DNA from: Clostridia bacterium | Lineage (GTDB): Bacteria; Bacillota; Clostridia; Christensenellales; Borkfalkiaceae | NCBI GenBank assembly: GCA_017624815.1 | Contig: JAGAMH010000090.1 | Coordinates: 1 to 57,140, forward strand | Direction of reading: 5' to 3' | Length of the DNA: 57,140 bases | In this document: positions 45,800 through 53,712 of the stretch, piece after piece | How positions within the stretch are numbered: position 1 is the first letter of the stretch | Layout of the letters: each line of letters opens with the position of its first letter | Translations under genes and position numbers: made by a program | The notes under the pieces: model-generated | Databases searched by the model: none | What the model was told of the DNA's origin: nothing | The model's input: the letters and a program-made list of their open reading frames with translations, nothing else

Positions 45800-45853
45800 A
45801 ATCTGTACCCCTCGTTTTTTATCTTTTTATGCCGCAAGTCCGTAGCATTATAC

Positions 45854-45882
45854 ATTATATAACATATTTTGTGCTTTGTCAA
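45854..45882 (-). promoter_or_regulatory. nrdD promoter P1
   Basis: Minus strand TTGACA (45882-45877), 17-bp spacer, TATAAT (45859-45854). Confidence 0.7.
45859..45874. promoter_or_regulatory. NrdR box (degenerate) inside the P1 spacer
   Basis: ataacatattttgtgc matches about 11 of 16 positions of the NrdR consensus acaCwAtATaTwGTgt. Its centre is 33 bp from the next box. Confidence 0.5.
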
Positions 45883-45891
45883 TACCCTAAA

Positions 45892-45907
45892 ACACAATAT
45901 ATTGTAT
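45892..45907. promoter_or_regulatory. NrdR box upstream of the P1 -35 element
   Basis: acacaatatattgtat is a close match to the NrdR box consensus. Confidence 0.7.
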
Positions 45908-45962
45908 ATTTTTTGCGTTTTAAAAGCATCTTGCCCGTAATTAAGCAGACGCAGCGTTTTAA

Positions 45963-45991
45963 AGTATAATATATATATTGTATAAAGTCAA
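45963..45991 (-). promoter_or_regulatory. nrdD promoter P2 (upstream duplicate)
   Basis: Minus strand TTGACT (45991-45986), 17-bp spacer, TATACT (45968-45963). Confidence 0.55.
45968..45983. promoter_or_regulatory. NrdR box (degenerate) inside the P2 spacer
   Basis: aatatatatattgtat matches about 12 of 16 consensus positions. Its centre is 32 bp from the box at 46000. Confidence 0.5.
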
Positions 45992-45999
45992 GCGTATAA

Positions 46000-46015
46000 A
46001 CACAATATTTAGTAT
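46000..46015. promoter_or_regulatory. NrdR box upstream of the P2 -35 element
   Basis: acacaatatttagtat is a good match to the NrdR consensus. Confidence 0.65.
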
Positions 46016-46117
46016 GAAAATTTTTAACAGTAAAAGCGCGGGATTTAATGTGAATAACAAAAAAACTGTTAAACCCAAAACGAATTTAACAGTTTTAATT
46101 AAATATTTAGTTTTGAA

Positions 46118-46471
46118 TTATTCGGTATAATTTTCGCTATAAGTTGCGCCCGTTGCCTTTCCGCCTACAACCACTACGGTTAAAGCTTCAACGGGTTCTT
46201 CATTATCCCATTTATCTTGAACTTCACCTTTAGTGTCGCAACCGTTTACCCAAACGTAAGTACCGTTTTGACCCAAGTCGCCCAAATCAATACCAATTTT
46301 ATAGGTAGGTTCACCGTAGTCTTTAACCAACTGTTCGTAAGTTATAGGTTCACCGTTTTTTGCCGCTGCGTTAATTTTATCGGCAGCGTCTTGATTTACG
46401 CCGCATCCCGCAAAAGCAAAAGCTAAACAAAGAACTAAAGTTACAGCCAAAGTTTTAAAAAGTTTTTTCAT
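46118..46471 (-). CDS. Small lipoprotein, unknown function
   Basis: Signal peptide with lipobox (AFAFAGC). AAAGGAG ribosome-binding site. Lies 23 nt downstream of the DtxR-like gene. Confidence 0.7.
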   Translation of the reverse strand: MKKLFKTLAVTLVLCLAFAFAGCGVNQDAADKINAAAKNGEPITYEQLVKDYGEPTYKIGIDLGDLGQNGTYVWVNGCDTKGEVQDKWDNEEPVEALTVVVVGGKATGATYSENYTE

Positions 46472-46494
46472 TGTATATCTCCTTTTTTTAGCGG

Positions 46495-46869
46495 TTATTC
46501 CGCATTTTTATTTTTTTCTACAAACAATTTAATTACGTTAAACGTTTTTTCTGAAATAGCGTGTTCCATTTCGCAAGCGTCTTCGTCGGCAGTTTGGAAA
46601 TCCACACCGTGTAAAACTAAAAAGTCGCGAATTATTTTATGGCGGGAAAAAACTTCTTCGGCGTAAGCTTTACCCCGTGCTGTAAGGTAAATATGCAAGC
46701 CGTCTACCAAAATAAGTTCTTCCGCCTTTAAAATTTTTAACGCCTTTTGAACGGCGGGCTGCGAAACGCCTATTTTACGCGCAACTTCTATTTGATGCAC
46801 GTATTCTTGCTCTTGCGAGAGTATTAATATGGCTTCTAAATAATCTTCTTTAGACTGATTTCTCTTCAT
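46495..46869 (-). CDS. DtxR/MntR-family metal-dependent transcriptional regulator (short form, no SH3-like domain)
   Basis: SKEDYLEAILIL...VHQIEVARKIGVSQPAVQKALKILKAEELI is the DtxR-type HTH. The dimerisation/metal region contains HKIIRDFL and CEMEHAIS. Confidence 0.8.
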   Translation of the reverse strand: MKRNQSKEDYLEAILILSQEQEYVHQIEVARKIGVSQPAVQKALKILKAEELILVDGLHIYLTARGKAYAEEVFSRHKIIRDFLVLHGVDFQTADEDACEMEHAISEKTFNVIKLFVEKNKNAE

Positions 46870-46899
46870 AATCCGTTCCGTAATTTATCCATTTTTAAT

Positions 46900-46928
46900 A
46901 TTATACAACAAACCGACGAATATGTCAA
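46900..46928 (-). promoter_or_regulatory. Consensus promoter of the DtxR-like gene
   Basis: Minus strand TTGACA (46928-46923), 17-bp spacer, TATAAT (46905-46900). Confidence 0.65.
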
Positions 46929-46976
46929 TAGTAAAAAGTTGCGGCAAACACAACCGTCTACCGCAACGAAGTTACT

Positions 46977-49900
46977 TTAAATATTTTCTTTTTTATTTTT
47001 AATAATTGATAACGTTAAGCACGCGCCCGAGCCGATAGCTAAAACGCCAAACGTACTAAATGCAGTTATTATTGCACTCTTCCACCAAGGTAACGCGGAA
47101 ACTACCCTGTCGTCGCTGGAAATGCCGTTCATAATATTAGTGTGAGCGGTGGTGTAAATTATGTGTTTTGTTGCCGTTCTTAACGCTTGTGCAACGGTGG
47201 GACTATCCTTCCATTTGCTATAAACGGAAGCGCTATTGTTACCGTCGAAGCTATCCGTGCCGTTTAAAATACCGTCTATTTTAGACATGGTTTCATTAGT
47301 ATCCCAGTCGGAAATCATAATCCCCGTCCAGTTCCATTCTTTACGTAAAATGTTAATTAAAAGTTCGGGGCTTGCTCCGCACCAAGTTGCACCAACGCGG
47401 GTAAACGAGTTCATGCAAGCGCTTGCGGCAGCTTCGTCGTTGTCTTCTGCGGCAAATACCATTTCAAAGGGCAACAAGTAAATTTCGCGGGTGGCTTGCT
47501 CGTTACTCCATATACCAACGTGTCTGCGGTTGGTTTCGGTATCGTTTAAAGCGTAATGCTTAACGTAAGCCGTACAGCCTTTATTTTGTATCCCTCTACA
47601 TTCTGCCGCACCTATTGCGCCGGAAAGGAAGGCGTCTTCGGAAGGATATTCCCAGTTACGTCCGCCAAACGACGTTCTATGAAGGTTTAATCCGGGGCCG
47701 TAAATGCCTTGATAGCCCGTATATAACATATCTTCCGACATGTGTTTGCCCATCTCTTCTACGAGCTCAACGTTCCACGTTCCGCCCATAATAGGTCCGC
47801 AAGGATAGGCAACGTGAATATAATCTTCGCCCTTTGCTTTGGGAAAGTCGGAACGCTTGGTTATACCTACGGGACCGTTTTCCGTCATACATTGGTCGAG
47901 CAATATGCTTACCGCACCTTCTATTCTATGGTATGCGTTACTGCACATAAGCGCTTGCTCTTCCCAAGTCATTTGGTCTAACAAGTCGTCCCACGCTTGA
48001 CTTTCGTAAGGCTCGTTTTTAACCATTGCTATGGTTAATCCGTTACTTGCGCCGTAAGTAGGCATTTGCGCTGCGGGGTCTTCTTCAAACGCTTTATCCC
48101 AAGTAAGGTCGTTTGCAAGCTGTTGAGTCATTGTAAGTTTTACGTAAGAAGTGGGGTAAGTTTCCGACCAAGCGTTTCTTGAAAGGTACGCAAAGTTTTC
48201 GTCTGCCACTCCGCTATACGCGTCTAAATCACCCTTGTCGAGTTGGTTAGTTACTAATACTTTATCGTTATATACCGAATAAGCGTATTTATTTAAATTT
48301 TCCGAACGCGTAGTTTTGTTTGCAAGTTCGGCGTTGCCGTTTGCAGTCATTCCGTCCGCAACCGTTTTACCCTTTGCCGCAAGAATGTTGTTTAACGCGT
48401 CGTGCGCGTCGTTACCTACTGCAAAATAGTAGTCGCCGCCTTCTATTATGTATTTTTGATTTACTTCGTCGTCGTAGGTGGTAAGGTATTTTTCATCTAC
48501 TGTAACGGTTACGGTAGCCGTTTCTCCCACTTCTATTTCGTCGGTTTTAGCAAAGCCCACCAACTGAACGGAAGATTGCTCTAACCCGTTGTCTATATCA
48601 AATTGAGTATAGGGCTTTTGAAGGTAAATTTCCACTACGTCTTTTGCCGCCATTTCGCCTTCGTTTTTAACCTTAACCGAAATTTCGTATTCGCTCTTTC
48701 TCGAGCTGTAATCCACGTCTAAATCGGAATAAGAGAACGTCGTATAAGATTCGCCGTGTCCAAAGGGGAAAGCTACTTCGTTAGAATAGCTCCACTCTTC
48801 GCCGTTGGTTGAGCCAACCGCAGAGTTTGCTCCTCCTACTCCTAACACGCAGTCTTCGTAACGGGTTTCAAAATATCTATATCCTACGTAAATACCTTCT
48901 TGGTAAACCATATATTCGCCTTGGCGTTCCACTAAGGTTTTAGAGTTTGCATCTTTAAACGAAGAGTATTTTGCATAATCGTAATCGCCGTCGTTTGCCG
49001 TTGCGGGCGCAGAGTTGTGATTATACGTCCAAGTATCGGTTAAGTGCCCTGAAGGAGCAAGCCCGTCTTCCGCCACGAGAAGTTTTGCCACGGCGTTTGC
49101 GCCCGTAGTTCCCACTTCGCCTATATACATAGCAGCGTCGATAGTGCCGTCGTTTTTATATTCAGCAATTTTATCGAGTTGTAAGGGGTTACCAGAGTTG
49201 ATTAAAAGAATAACTTTATCGAACGTGCCGTCGTTTTTATAATTTCTCACGTTGTCTAAAAGGTCTATTTCCGCCTTGGTTAAAGCAAGGTAATTGCCTT
49301 TGCCGTCAACGGAGTCTAAGCCGTTATCGAAAAGGTCGCGGTATTCGCCGCCCGTGCGGGATAAAACTACAACTGCGGTAGTATTTGCAAAGGAGTTTTT
49401 AACTGTGGAAGTGTATTGACTCCAAGGCAATTCACCAACGCTGAGATTGCCGCCCGAGCCTTCGGTACAAGCGTTGTTCTTTTCGGTACGGAGCGGTTTA
49501 CCGTTATAAAAATTCCAAAGAGTTTGGTTGATTGAAACGTCTATCGCCTCAAAAGCAGACTTTAAAGTTGCCGAACGTGCGGAAGAAGAAATCCAGCCCG
49601 AGCCGCTTCCCGTTTCTACTAAGCTCTGCGAGCCTCTACCTAAAAGGCTTATCTTTTTGGATTTATCAAGGGGCAAAGCTCCGTCGTTCCATAAAAGTAC
49701 CGCACCTTCCTCTTCTATCCGTTCAATCATTATTGCGTCTTCGTTAAATAGATCTTCACCCGCCTTAATTTCAGTATCGGGGTCCGACGACATAAATTCG
49801 TAGTCGGATTCAAAATAAATAGGGTCTTCACCGCTGCCGCCCTTAACAACTTTATATTCCTTAGTGTTAAAGAACATATTTACTGCGGCAGAAAAGTTTG

Positions 49901-49997
49901 AAAGAACGAAATATCCCGCTAAAAATATTGCAAACAAAACGGCAAAAACAGCGGTTAAAATTCTCCATAATTTCATCTTTTTTAAAACGTTCATCAT
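46977..49997 (-). CDS. Glycoside hydrolase family 3 enzyme with permuted domain order and TM anchors at both ends
   Basis: N-terminal TM helix. Then GH3 C-terminal-type domain (AVVVLSRTGGEYRD, VILLINSGNPLQL), Fn3-like domain (PFGHGESYTTFSYSDL, VVEIYLQKP) and the GH3 catalytic barrel (KHYALNDTETNR, GIMISDWD). A hydrophobic helix sits at the extreme C-terminus. Confidence 0.85.
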   Translation of the reverse strand: MMNVLKKMKLWRILTAVFAVLFAIFLAGYFVLSNFSAAVNMFFNTKEYKVVKGGSGEDPIYFESDYEFMSSDPDTEIKAGEDLFNEDAIMIERIEEEGAVLLWNDGALPLDKSKKISLLGRGSQSLVETGSGSGWISSSARSATLKSAFEAIDVSINQTLWNFYNGKPLRTEKNNACTEGSGGNLSVGELPWSQYTSTVKNSFANTTAVVVLSRTGGEYRDLFDNGLDSVDGKGNYLALTKAEIDLLDNVRNYKNDGTFDKVILLINSGNPLQLDKIAEYKNDGTIDAAMYIGEVGTTGANAVAKLLVAEDGLAPSGHLTDTWTYNHNSAPATANDGDYDYAKYSSFKDANSKTLVERQGEYMVYQEGIYVGYRYFETRYEDCVLGVGGANSAVGSTNGEEWSYSNEVAFPFGHGESYTTFSYSDLDVDYSSRKSEYEISVKVKNEGEMAAKDVVEIYLQKPYTQFDIDNGLEQSSVQLVGFAKTDEIEVGETATVTVTVDEKYLTTYDDEVNQKYIIEGGDYYFAVGNDAHDALNNILAAKGKTVADGMTANGNAELANKTTRSENLNKYAYSVYNDKVLVTNQLDKGDLDAYSGVADENFAYLSRNAWSETYPTSYVKLTMTQQLANDLTWDKAFEEDPAAQMPTYGASNGLTIAMVKNEPYESQAWDDLLDQMTWEEQALMCSNAYHRIEGAVSILLDQCMTENGPVGITKRSDFPKAKGEDYIHVAYPCGPIMGGTWNVELVEEMGKHMSEDMLYTGYQGIYGPGLNLHRTSFGGRNWEYPSEDAFLSGAIGAAECRGIQNKGCTAYVKHYALNDTETNRRHVGIWSNEQATREIYLLPFEMVFAAEDNDEAAASACMNSFTRVGATWCGASPELLINILRKEWNWTGIMISDWDTNETMSKIDGILNGTDSFDGNNSASVYSKWKDSPTVAQALRTATKHIIYTTAHTNIMNGISSDDRVVSALPWWKSAIITAFSTFGVLAIGSGACLTLSIIKNKKENI

Positions 49998-50145
49998 AAA
50001 ACCTCCTAGTCATTTTATATTTGTAATATAATAAGTTGCAATTTATCGGCTTTAAGTTGCGTGCCCTTTATCTTTAACGGCGTTTTGCGTTTTATACGTT
50101 ACGCGCAAGGTTAAAGCTTTTAAATTAATTACTCTTATTAATCGA

Positions 50146-50174
50146 ATTATAAAATAAATGCCTATTACTGTCAA
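50146..50174 (-). promoter_or_regulatory. Consensus promoter of the GH3 gene, with a leader of about 140 nt
   Basis: Minus strand TTGACA (50174-50169), 17-bp spacer, TATAAT (50151-50146). Confidence 0.6.
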
Positions 50175-50238
50175 TTGACGATTTTTAACGTAAGTCTACT
50201 TATGATTGCTTTTGTTTTAAAGTATAGTTATAACGGGC

Positions 50239-50277
50239 AAAAAATAGCCCCGAAAACGATTTCGCGTTTTCGGGGCT
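50239..50277 (-). terminator. Terminator after prfA
   Basis: 13-bp stem AGCCCCGAAAACG / CGTTTTCGGGGCT followed on the minus strand by ATTTTTTG. Confidence 0.85.
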
Positions 50278-50307
50278 GCTACTTTATCCGTTTTAATATT
50301 TAGTTTT

Positions 50308-51384
50308 TTATTCGCCAGCAAGTAAGCGTTCGCGTTCGGCAACAGCCAAGGCTTCTATCATTTCGGATATATCTCCCATAATAAAGGTATCTAACGAATA
50401 GAGCGAAAAACCTATTCTGTGGTCGGTTACTCTTCCTTGGGGGAAGTTATACGTTCTTATGCGTTCCGATCTGTCGCCGCGACCTACTAAGCTCTTTCTG
50501 TGTTCGTCGAGCGAGGCTTGGTTTTTAGATTGATAATAGTCGTATAAGCGGGAGCGCAAAACCTTAAAGGCTTTATCTTTATTTTTAAGCTGGCTGCGCT
50601 CGTCTTGGCAAGTTACAACTATGCCCGTGGGGAAGTGCGTTATTCTTATCGCCGTTTCCGTTTTGTTTACCTTTTGGCCACCTGCGCCTGAAGAACGGTA
50701 TACGTCTACGCGGATGTCTTCGTCTTTAATTTCCACTTCTACGTCTTCCGCTTCGGGTAAAACGGCAACGGTTACGGTAGAGGTGTGCACTCTGCCCTGC
50801 GATTCCGTTTCGGGCACGCGCTGAACGCGGTGCACGCCGCTTTCAAACTTTAATTGTTTATACGCGTCTTTACCCGTAATATTTAACACTACTTCTTTAA
50901 TGCCGCCAAGTTCCGTTTCGTTAATGTCAACAACTTCCATCTTTAAACGGTGGTGTTCGCAGTAGTTGATGTACATACGGTATAATTCGTAGGCAAAAAG
51001 CGCCGCTTCTTCGCCGCCTGCACCACCGCGGATTTCCATAATGCAGTTTCTGTCGTCGTTTTTATCCTTAGGTAAAAGCAGTATTTTAAGTTCGCTGCGA
51101 ATTTCTTCTAAACGGTTTTTGCACGAATATACTTCTTCGTTTAAAAGCTCTTTCATTTCAAGGTCGGTTTCCGTTTTTACGGCTTCTTCCGCGTCGGTCA
51201 TTTGCTTTTGAACAGACAAATACTCTTCGTACTTCGTCGCCGTTTCGGATATTTCCGACTGGTCCTTTGCTATTTTAGTAAATTCGGCAGGGTTGGAAAT
51301 AATTTCGGGGTCTGCCAACTTTTGCGATAGGTCGGTGTATCTTTTATATACGTCCGCCAATTTTAACATCATTTTATCTTCCAT
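50308..51384 (-). CDS. prfA: Peptide chain release factor 1
   Basis: GGQ motif (SSGAGGQKVNKTETA) and the RF1-type P-x-T tripeptide (VQRVPETESQGR). GAAAGGA ribosome-binding site before ATG 51384. Confidence 0.95.
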   Translation of the reverse strand: MEDKMMLKLADVYKRYTDLSQKLADPEIISNPAEFTKIAKDQSEISETATKYEEYLSVQKQMTDAEEAVKTETDLEMKELLNEEVYSCKNRLEEIRSELKILLLPKDKNDDRNCIMEIRGGAGGEEAALFAYELYRMYINYCEHHRLKMEVVDINETELGGIKEVVLNITGKDAYKQLKFESGVHRVQRVPETESQGRVHTSTVTVAVLPEAEDVEVEIKDEDIRVDVYRSSGAGGQKVNKTETAIRITHFPTGIVVTCQDERSQLKNKDKAFKVLRSRLYDYYQSKNQASLDEHRKSLVGRGDRSERIRTYNFPQGRVTDHRIGFSLYSLDTFIMGDISEMIEALAVAERERLLAGE

Positions 51385-51406
51385 AATAATCCTTTCTTCG
51401 GGTTAT

Positions 51407-53230
51407 TTAAAACGCTATTTTTATAAATCTTTCCACGCCGTATAAATCTTTAATAATATCGGCGCTTTTATATTCGGCAAAAAGCTTTACTATTTCATTA
51501 GGTTGGTTTTCGCCGCATTCAAGCAACAATATACCGCCTTCAACTAAATAATTGCCTATATTCTGCGCAATCGTGCGGTAGAAATTCAAGCCGTCGTTGC
51601 CACCGTCTAAAGCTTTTTTAGGTTCAAAGTTTTTAACTTCCGTTTGCAGTAACGCTATCTCTTCCGTAGGTACGTACGGGGGGTTGCTTACTATTAAGTT
51701 ATACTTTCCGCTAACGCTAGCAAACATATCGCTTTGAATAAAGTTTACCCTAACTTGATTTTCTTCGGCGTTTTCGCTTGCCAACGACAACGCTTCGAAA
51801 GATATATCTACTGCGGTAACCTTAACGTTTTTATCTTGACAATGCTTTGCAACGGAAATTGCAATACAGCCGCTTCCCGTGCACATATCTAAAACTTTAT
51901 CGCCTGCTTTTACGTTTTTTACGGCGAGCTCGGCTAAAAGCTCCGTTTCGGGACGGGGAATTAACACCCTTTCGTCCACCTTAATTTTACAATCGTAAAA
52001 TTCGGTATCGCCTATAACGTACCAAAGCGGTTTGCCGGTAAGTCGTTCGGTTATTACTTTATCAAGTTTTTTTGCCTGAGCGGCAGTTATTATAGTTTCG
52101 TTAGAAAATTCGCTGCGCTTAACGTTTAAGATAAGCGAATAAATCCACTCTGCGTCGGATTCGTCTATTTCTCTTTCTTTAAACAGTTTTTTAGTTTCTT
52201 CAAGTTTTTCGCCAAGAATTCCGCCCGTAACGAATTTGCATTCTGGTATGGAAGGGTCGGCATCCATTTCTAAAACCTTTTTAAAAGCGGCAATTGCCAC
52301 TTCTAACATTTCGGGTTCGGGTTCACGAGTGGTAAATACCTTTTGTATAAACATTCCCGGTGCTTTAAAAATTTTTACGAAGGGGTTATCGAACTTTGCT
52401 AAAAACTTTAAAACTTCGTACGAAAAGCCTGCTATAACGGGCAATAATACTATTTCTATGCCTATTTTTGCAAGCGCTTTATAAATGCCGCTTTCTATTA
52501 AATGTACGCCTAAAAGCCATTGAACGAGGGATAAAATTACTATGTTTATAAATAAAACTATAAACATAAACGACGTTCCGCATCTATCGTGTATGCGAGT
52601 GCACTTTTTAGCGTTTTCAGGCGTGAGGTCTAAGCCGTATTCGTAGCACGTTATGGTTTTATGTTCCGCGCCGTGGTACATATAAAGCCTTCTTATATCC
52701 TTAAGTAGCAAAATCAGCCCCAGATATACTAAAAATATTGCAAGCTTTATAACGCCCAAAATAACGAATTCCCAAGCCGTTTCGTCTATTGCGGGAATTA
52801 ATTTGCAAAGCCCCGAAACTATTACGTTGGGTAAAATCATAAATAGCGCCACGGCAAGACCTATTCCCAAAATAGTGGAAATAACCGTAACTACGTCCAT
52901 TAAATTTACTTTAAATTTAGAAGCAAGCCACTTTTCAAAGCCGGAAGCTTCTTCCCCTTCGTCCCCGTAAACGGCGGCAGAGCGCATAAGCGTTTTAGTT
53001 CCGCGCGTAAGCGAAGAGAAAAGATTTACACATCCGCGTATGAGGGGGATTTTAGCAATCTTTTGAACGGCGGGCGATTTGTTAAGGCGCAAAGCTTCTA
53101 TTTGAATTTCGCCGTCGGGGTCGCGCACGGCAGTTGCCATACACGTTTTGCCCATCATCATAACACCTTCTAATACCGCCTGTCCGCCGATATAGCAGCC
53201 CGTTTTTTTACACTTTTCTTTTTTAGCCAT
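51407..53230 (-). CDS. prmC: Fusion protein: DUF1385 membrane domain plus release-factor glutamine N5-methyltransferase PrmC
   Basis: The N-terminal ~320 aa carry GGQAVLEGVMMMG and YHGAEHK motifs plus TM helices (DUF1385). The C-terminal ~285 aa carry VLIPRPETE, VLDMCTGSGCIAIS and the IVSNPPYV catalytic motif. One uninterrupted frame. Confidence 0.85.
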   Translation of the reverse strand: MAKKEKCKKTGCYIGGQAVLEGVMMMGKTCMATAVRDPDGEIQIEALRLNKSPAVQKIAKIPLIRGCVNLFSSLTRGTKTLMRSAAVYGDEGEEASGFEKWLASKFKVNLMDVVTVISTILGIGLAVALFMILPNVIVSGLCKLIPAIDETAWEFVILGVIKLAIFLVYLGLILLLKDIRRLYMYHGAEHKTITCYEYGLDLTPENAKKCTRIHDRCGTSFMFIVLFINIVILSLVQWLLGVHLIESGIYKALAKIGIEIVLLPVIAGFSYEVLKFLAKFDNPFVKIFKAPGMFIQKVFTTREPEPEMLEVAIAAFKKVLEMDADPSIPECKFVTGGILGEKLEETKKLFKEREIDESDAEWIYSLILNVKRSEFSNETIITAAQAKKLDKVITERLTGKPLWYVIGDTEFYDCKIKVDERVLIPRPETELLAELAVKNVKAGDKVLDMCTGSGCIAISVAKHCQDKNVKVTAVDISFEALSLASENAEENQVRVNFIQSDMFASVSGKYNLIVSNPPYVPTEEIALLQTEVKNFEPKKALDGGNDGLNFYRTIAQNIGNYLVEGGILLLECGENQPNEIVKLFAEYKSADIIKDLYGVERFIKIAF

Positions 53231-53256
53231 AAATTACCTTAAATTTTAACTAACGC

Positions 53257-53296
53257 AAAAAAACGGCTCGCGAAATAATATCGGAGCCGATTTTTC
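53257..53296 (-). terminator. Weak terminator or attenuator after rpmE
   Basis: 6-bp stem CGGCTC / GAGCCG with a long loop, followed on the minus strand by a 7-nt T-run. Confidence 0.4.
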
Positions 53297-53345
53297 TGAG
53301 ATAAAACCGCATAAACTGCAAATACTATTTTTGCGCGGTATAAAA

Positions 53346-53549
53346 TTAAATGTTGTATCTTTTTTTGAACTTATCTACGCGGCCGCCGGTATCAACAAGT
53401 TTTTGCTTGCCCGTAAAGAAAGGATGGCACTTATTGCAGATATCAACCTTTAACGTTTCTACCTTTTTGGTAGTACCCGTTTTGAAAGTTTCGCCGCAAG
53501 CGCACGTAACCGTTACTTCATGATAATCAGGATGAATTTCGGGTTTCAT
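53346..53549 (-). CDS. rpmE: 50S ribosomal protein L31 (Cys-containing type A)
   Basis: [16 protein letters not shown]....[13 protein letters not shown]. Confidence 0.97.
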   Translation of the reverse strand: MKPEIHPDYHEVTVTCACGETFKTGTTKKVETLKVDICNKCHPFFTGKQKLVDTGGRVDKFKKRYNI

Positions 53550-53586
53550 TTTTTCACCTCGCTAATATTTCTTCTAATGCTAAATA

Positions 53587-53615
53587 ATTATATAACAACT
53601 GCGTTTTTAAGTCAA
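53587..53615 (-). promoter_or_regulatory. Promoter of rpmE
   Basis: Minus strand TTGACT (53615-53610), 17-bp spacer, TATAAT (53592-53587). Confidence 0.65.
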
Positions 53616-53672
53616 TTATTTTTTTAGGTAAACGCAAATTAAATTACTTTTTTTTATTTTTTGAGTTTTTAG

Positions 53673-53701
53673 TTGCAAATAATTGATATTTATCGTATAA
53701 T
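53673..53701 (+). promoter_or_regulatory. Promoter of the MDR dehydrogenase gene
   Basis: TTGCAA (53673-53678), 17-bp spacer, TATAAT (53696-53701). The ATG lies only 11 nt after the -10. Confidence 0.6.
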
Positions 53702-53712
53702 GAAAGCAGATT

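Noticed and set aside
50166-50179. GTCAATTGAC palindrome at the GH3 promoter as a regulator site
   Set aside because: It arises from the -35 hexamer TTGACA adjacent to its own reverse complement. No second copy or phased partner was seen, so there is no basis for a call.
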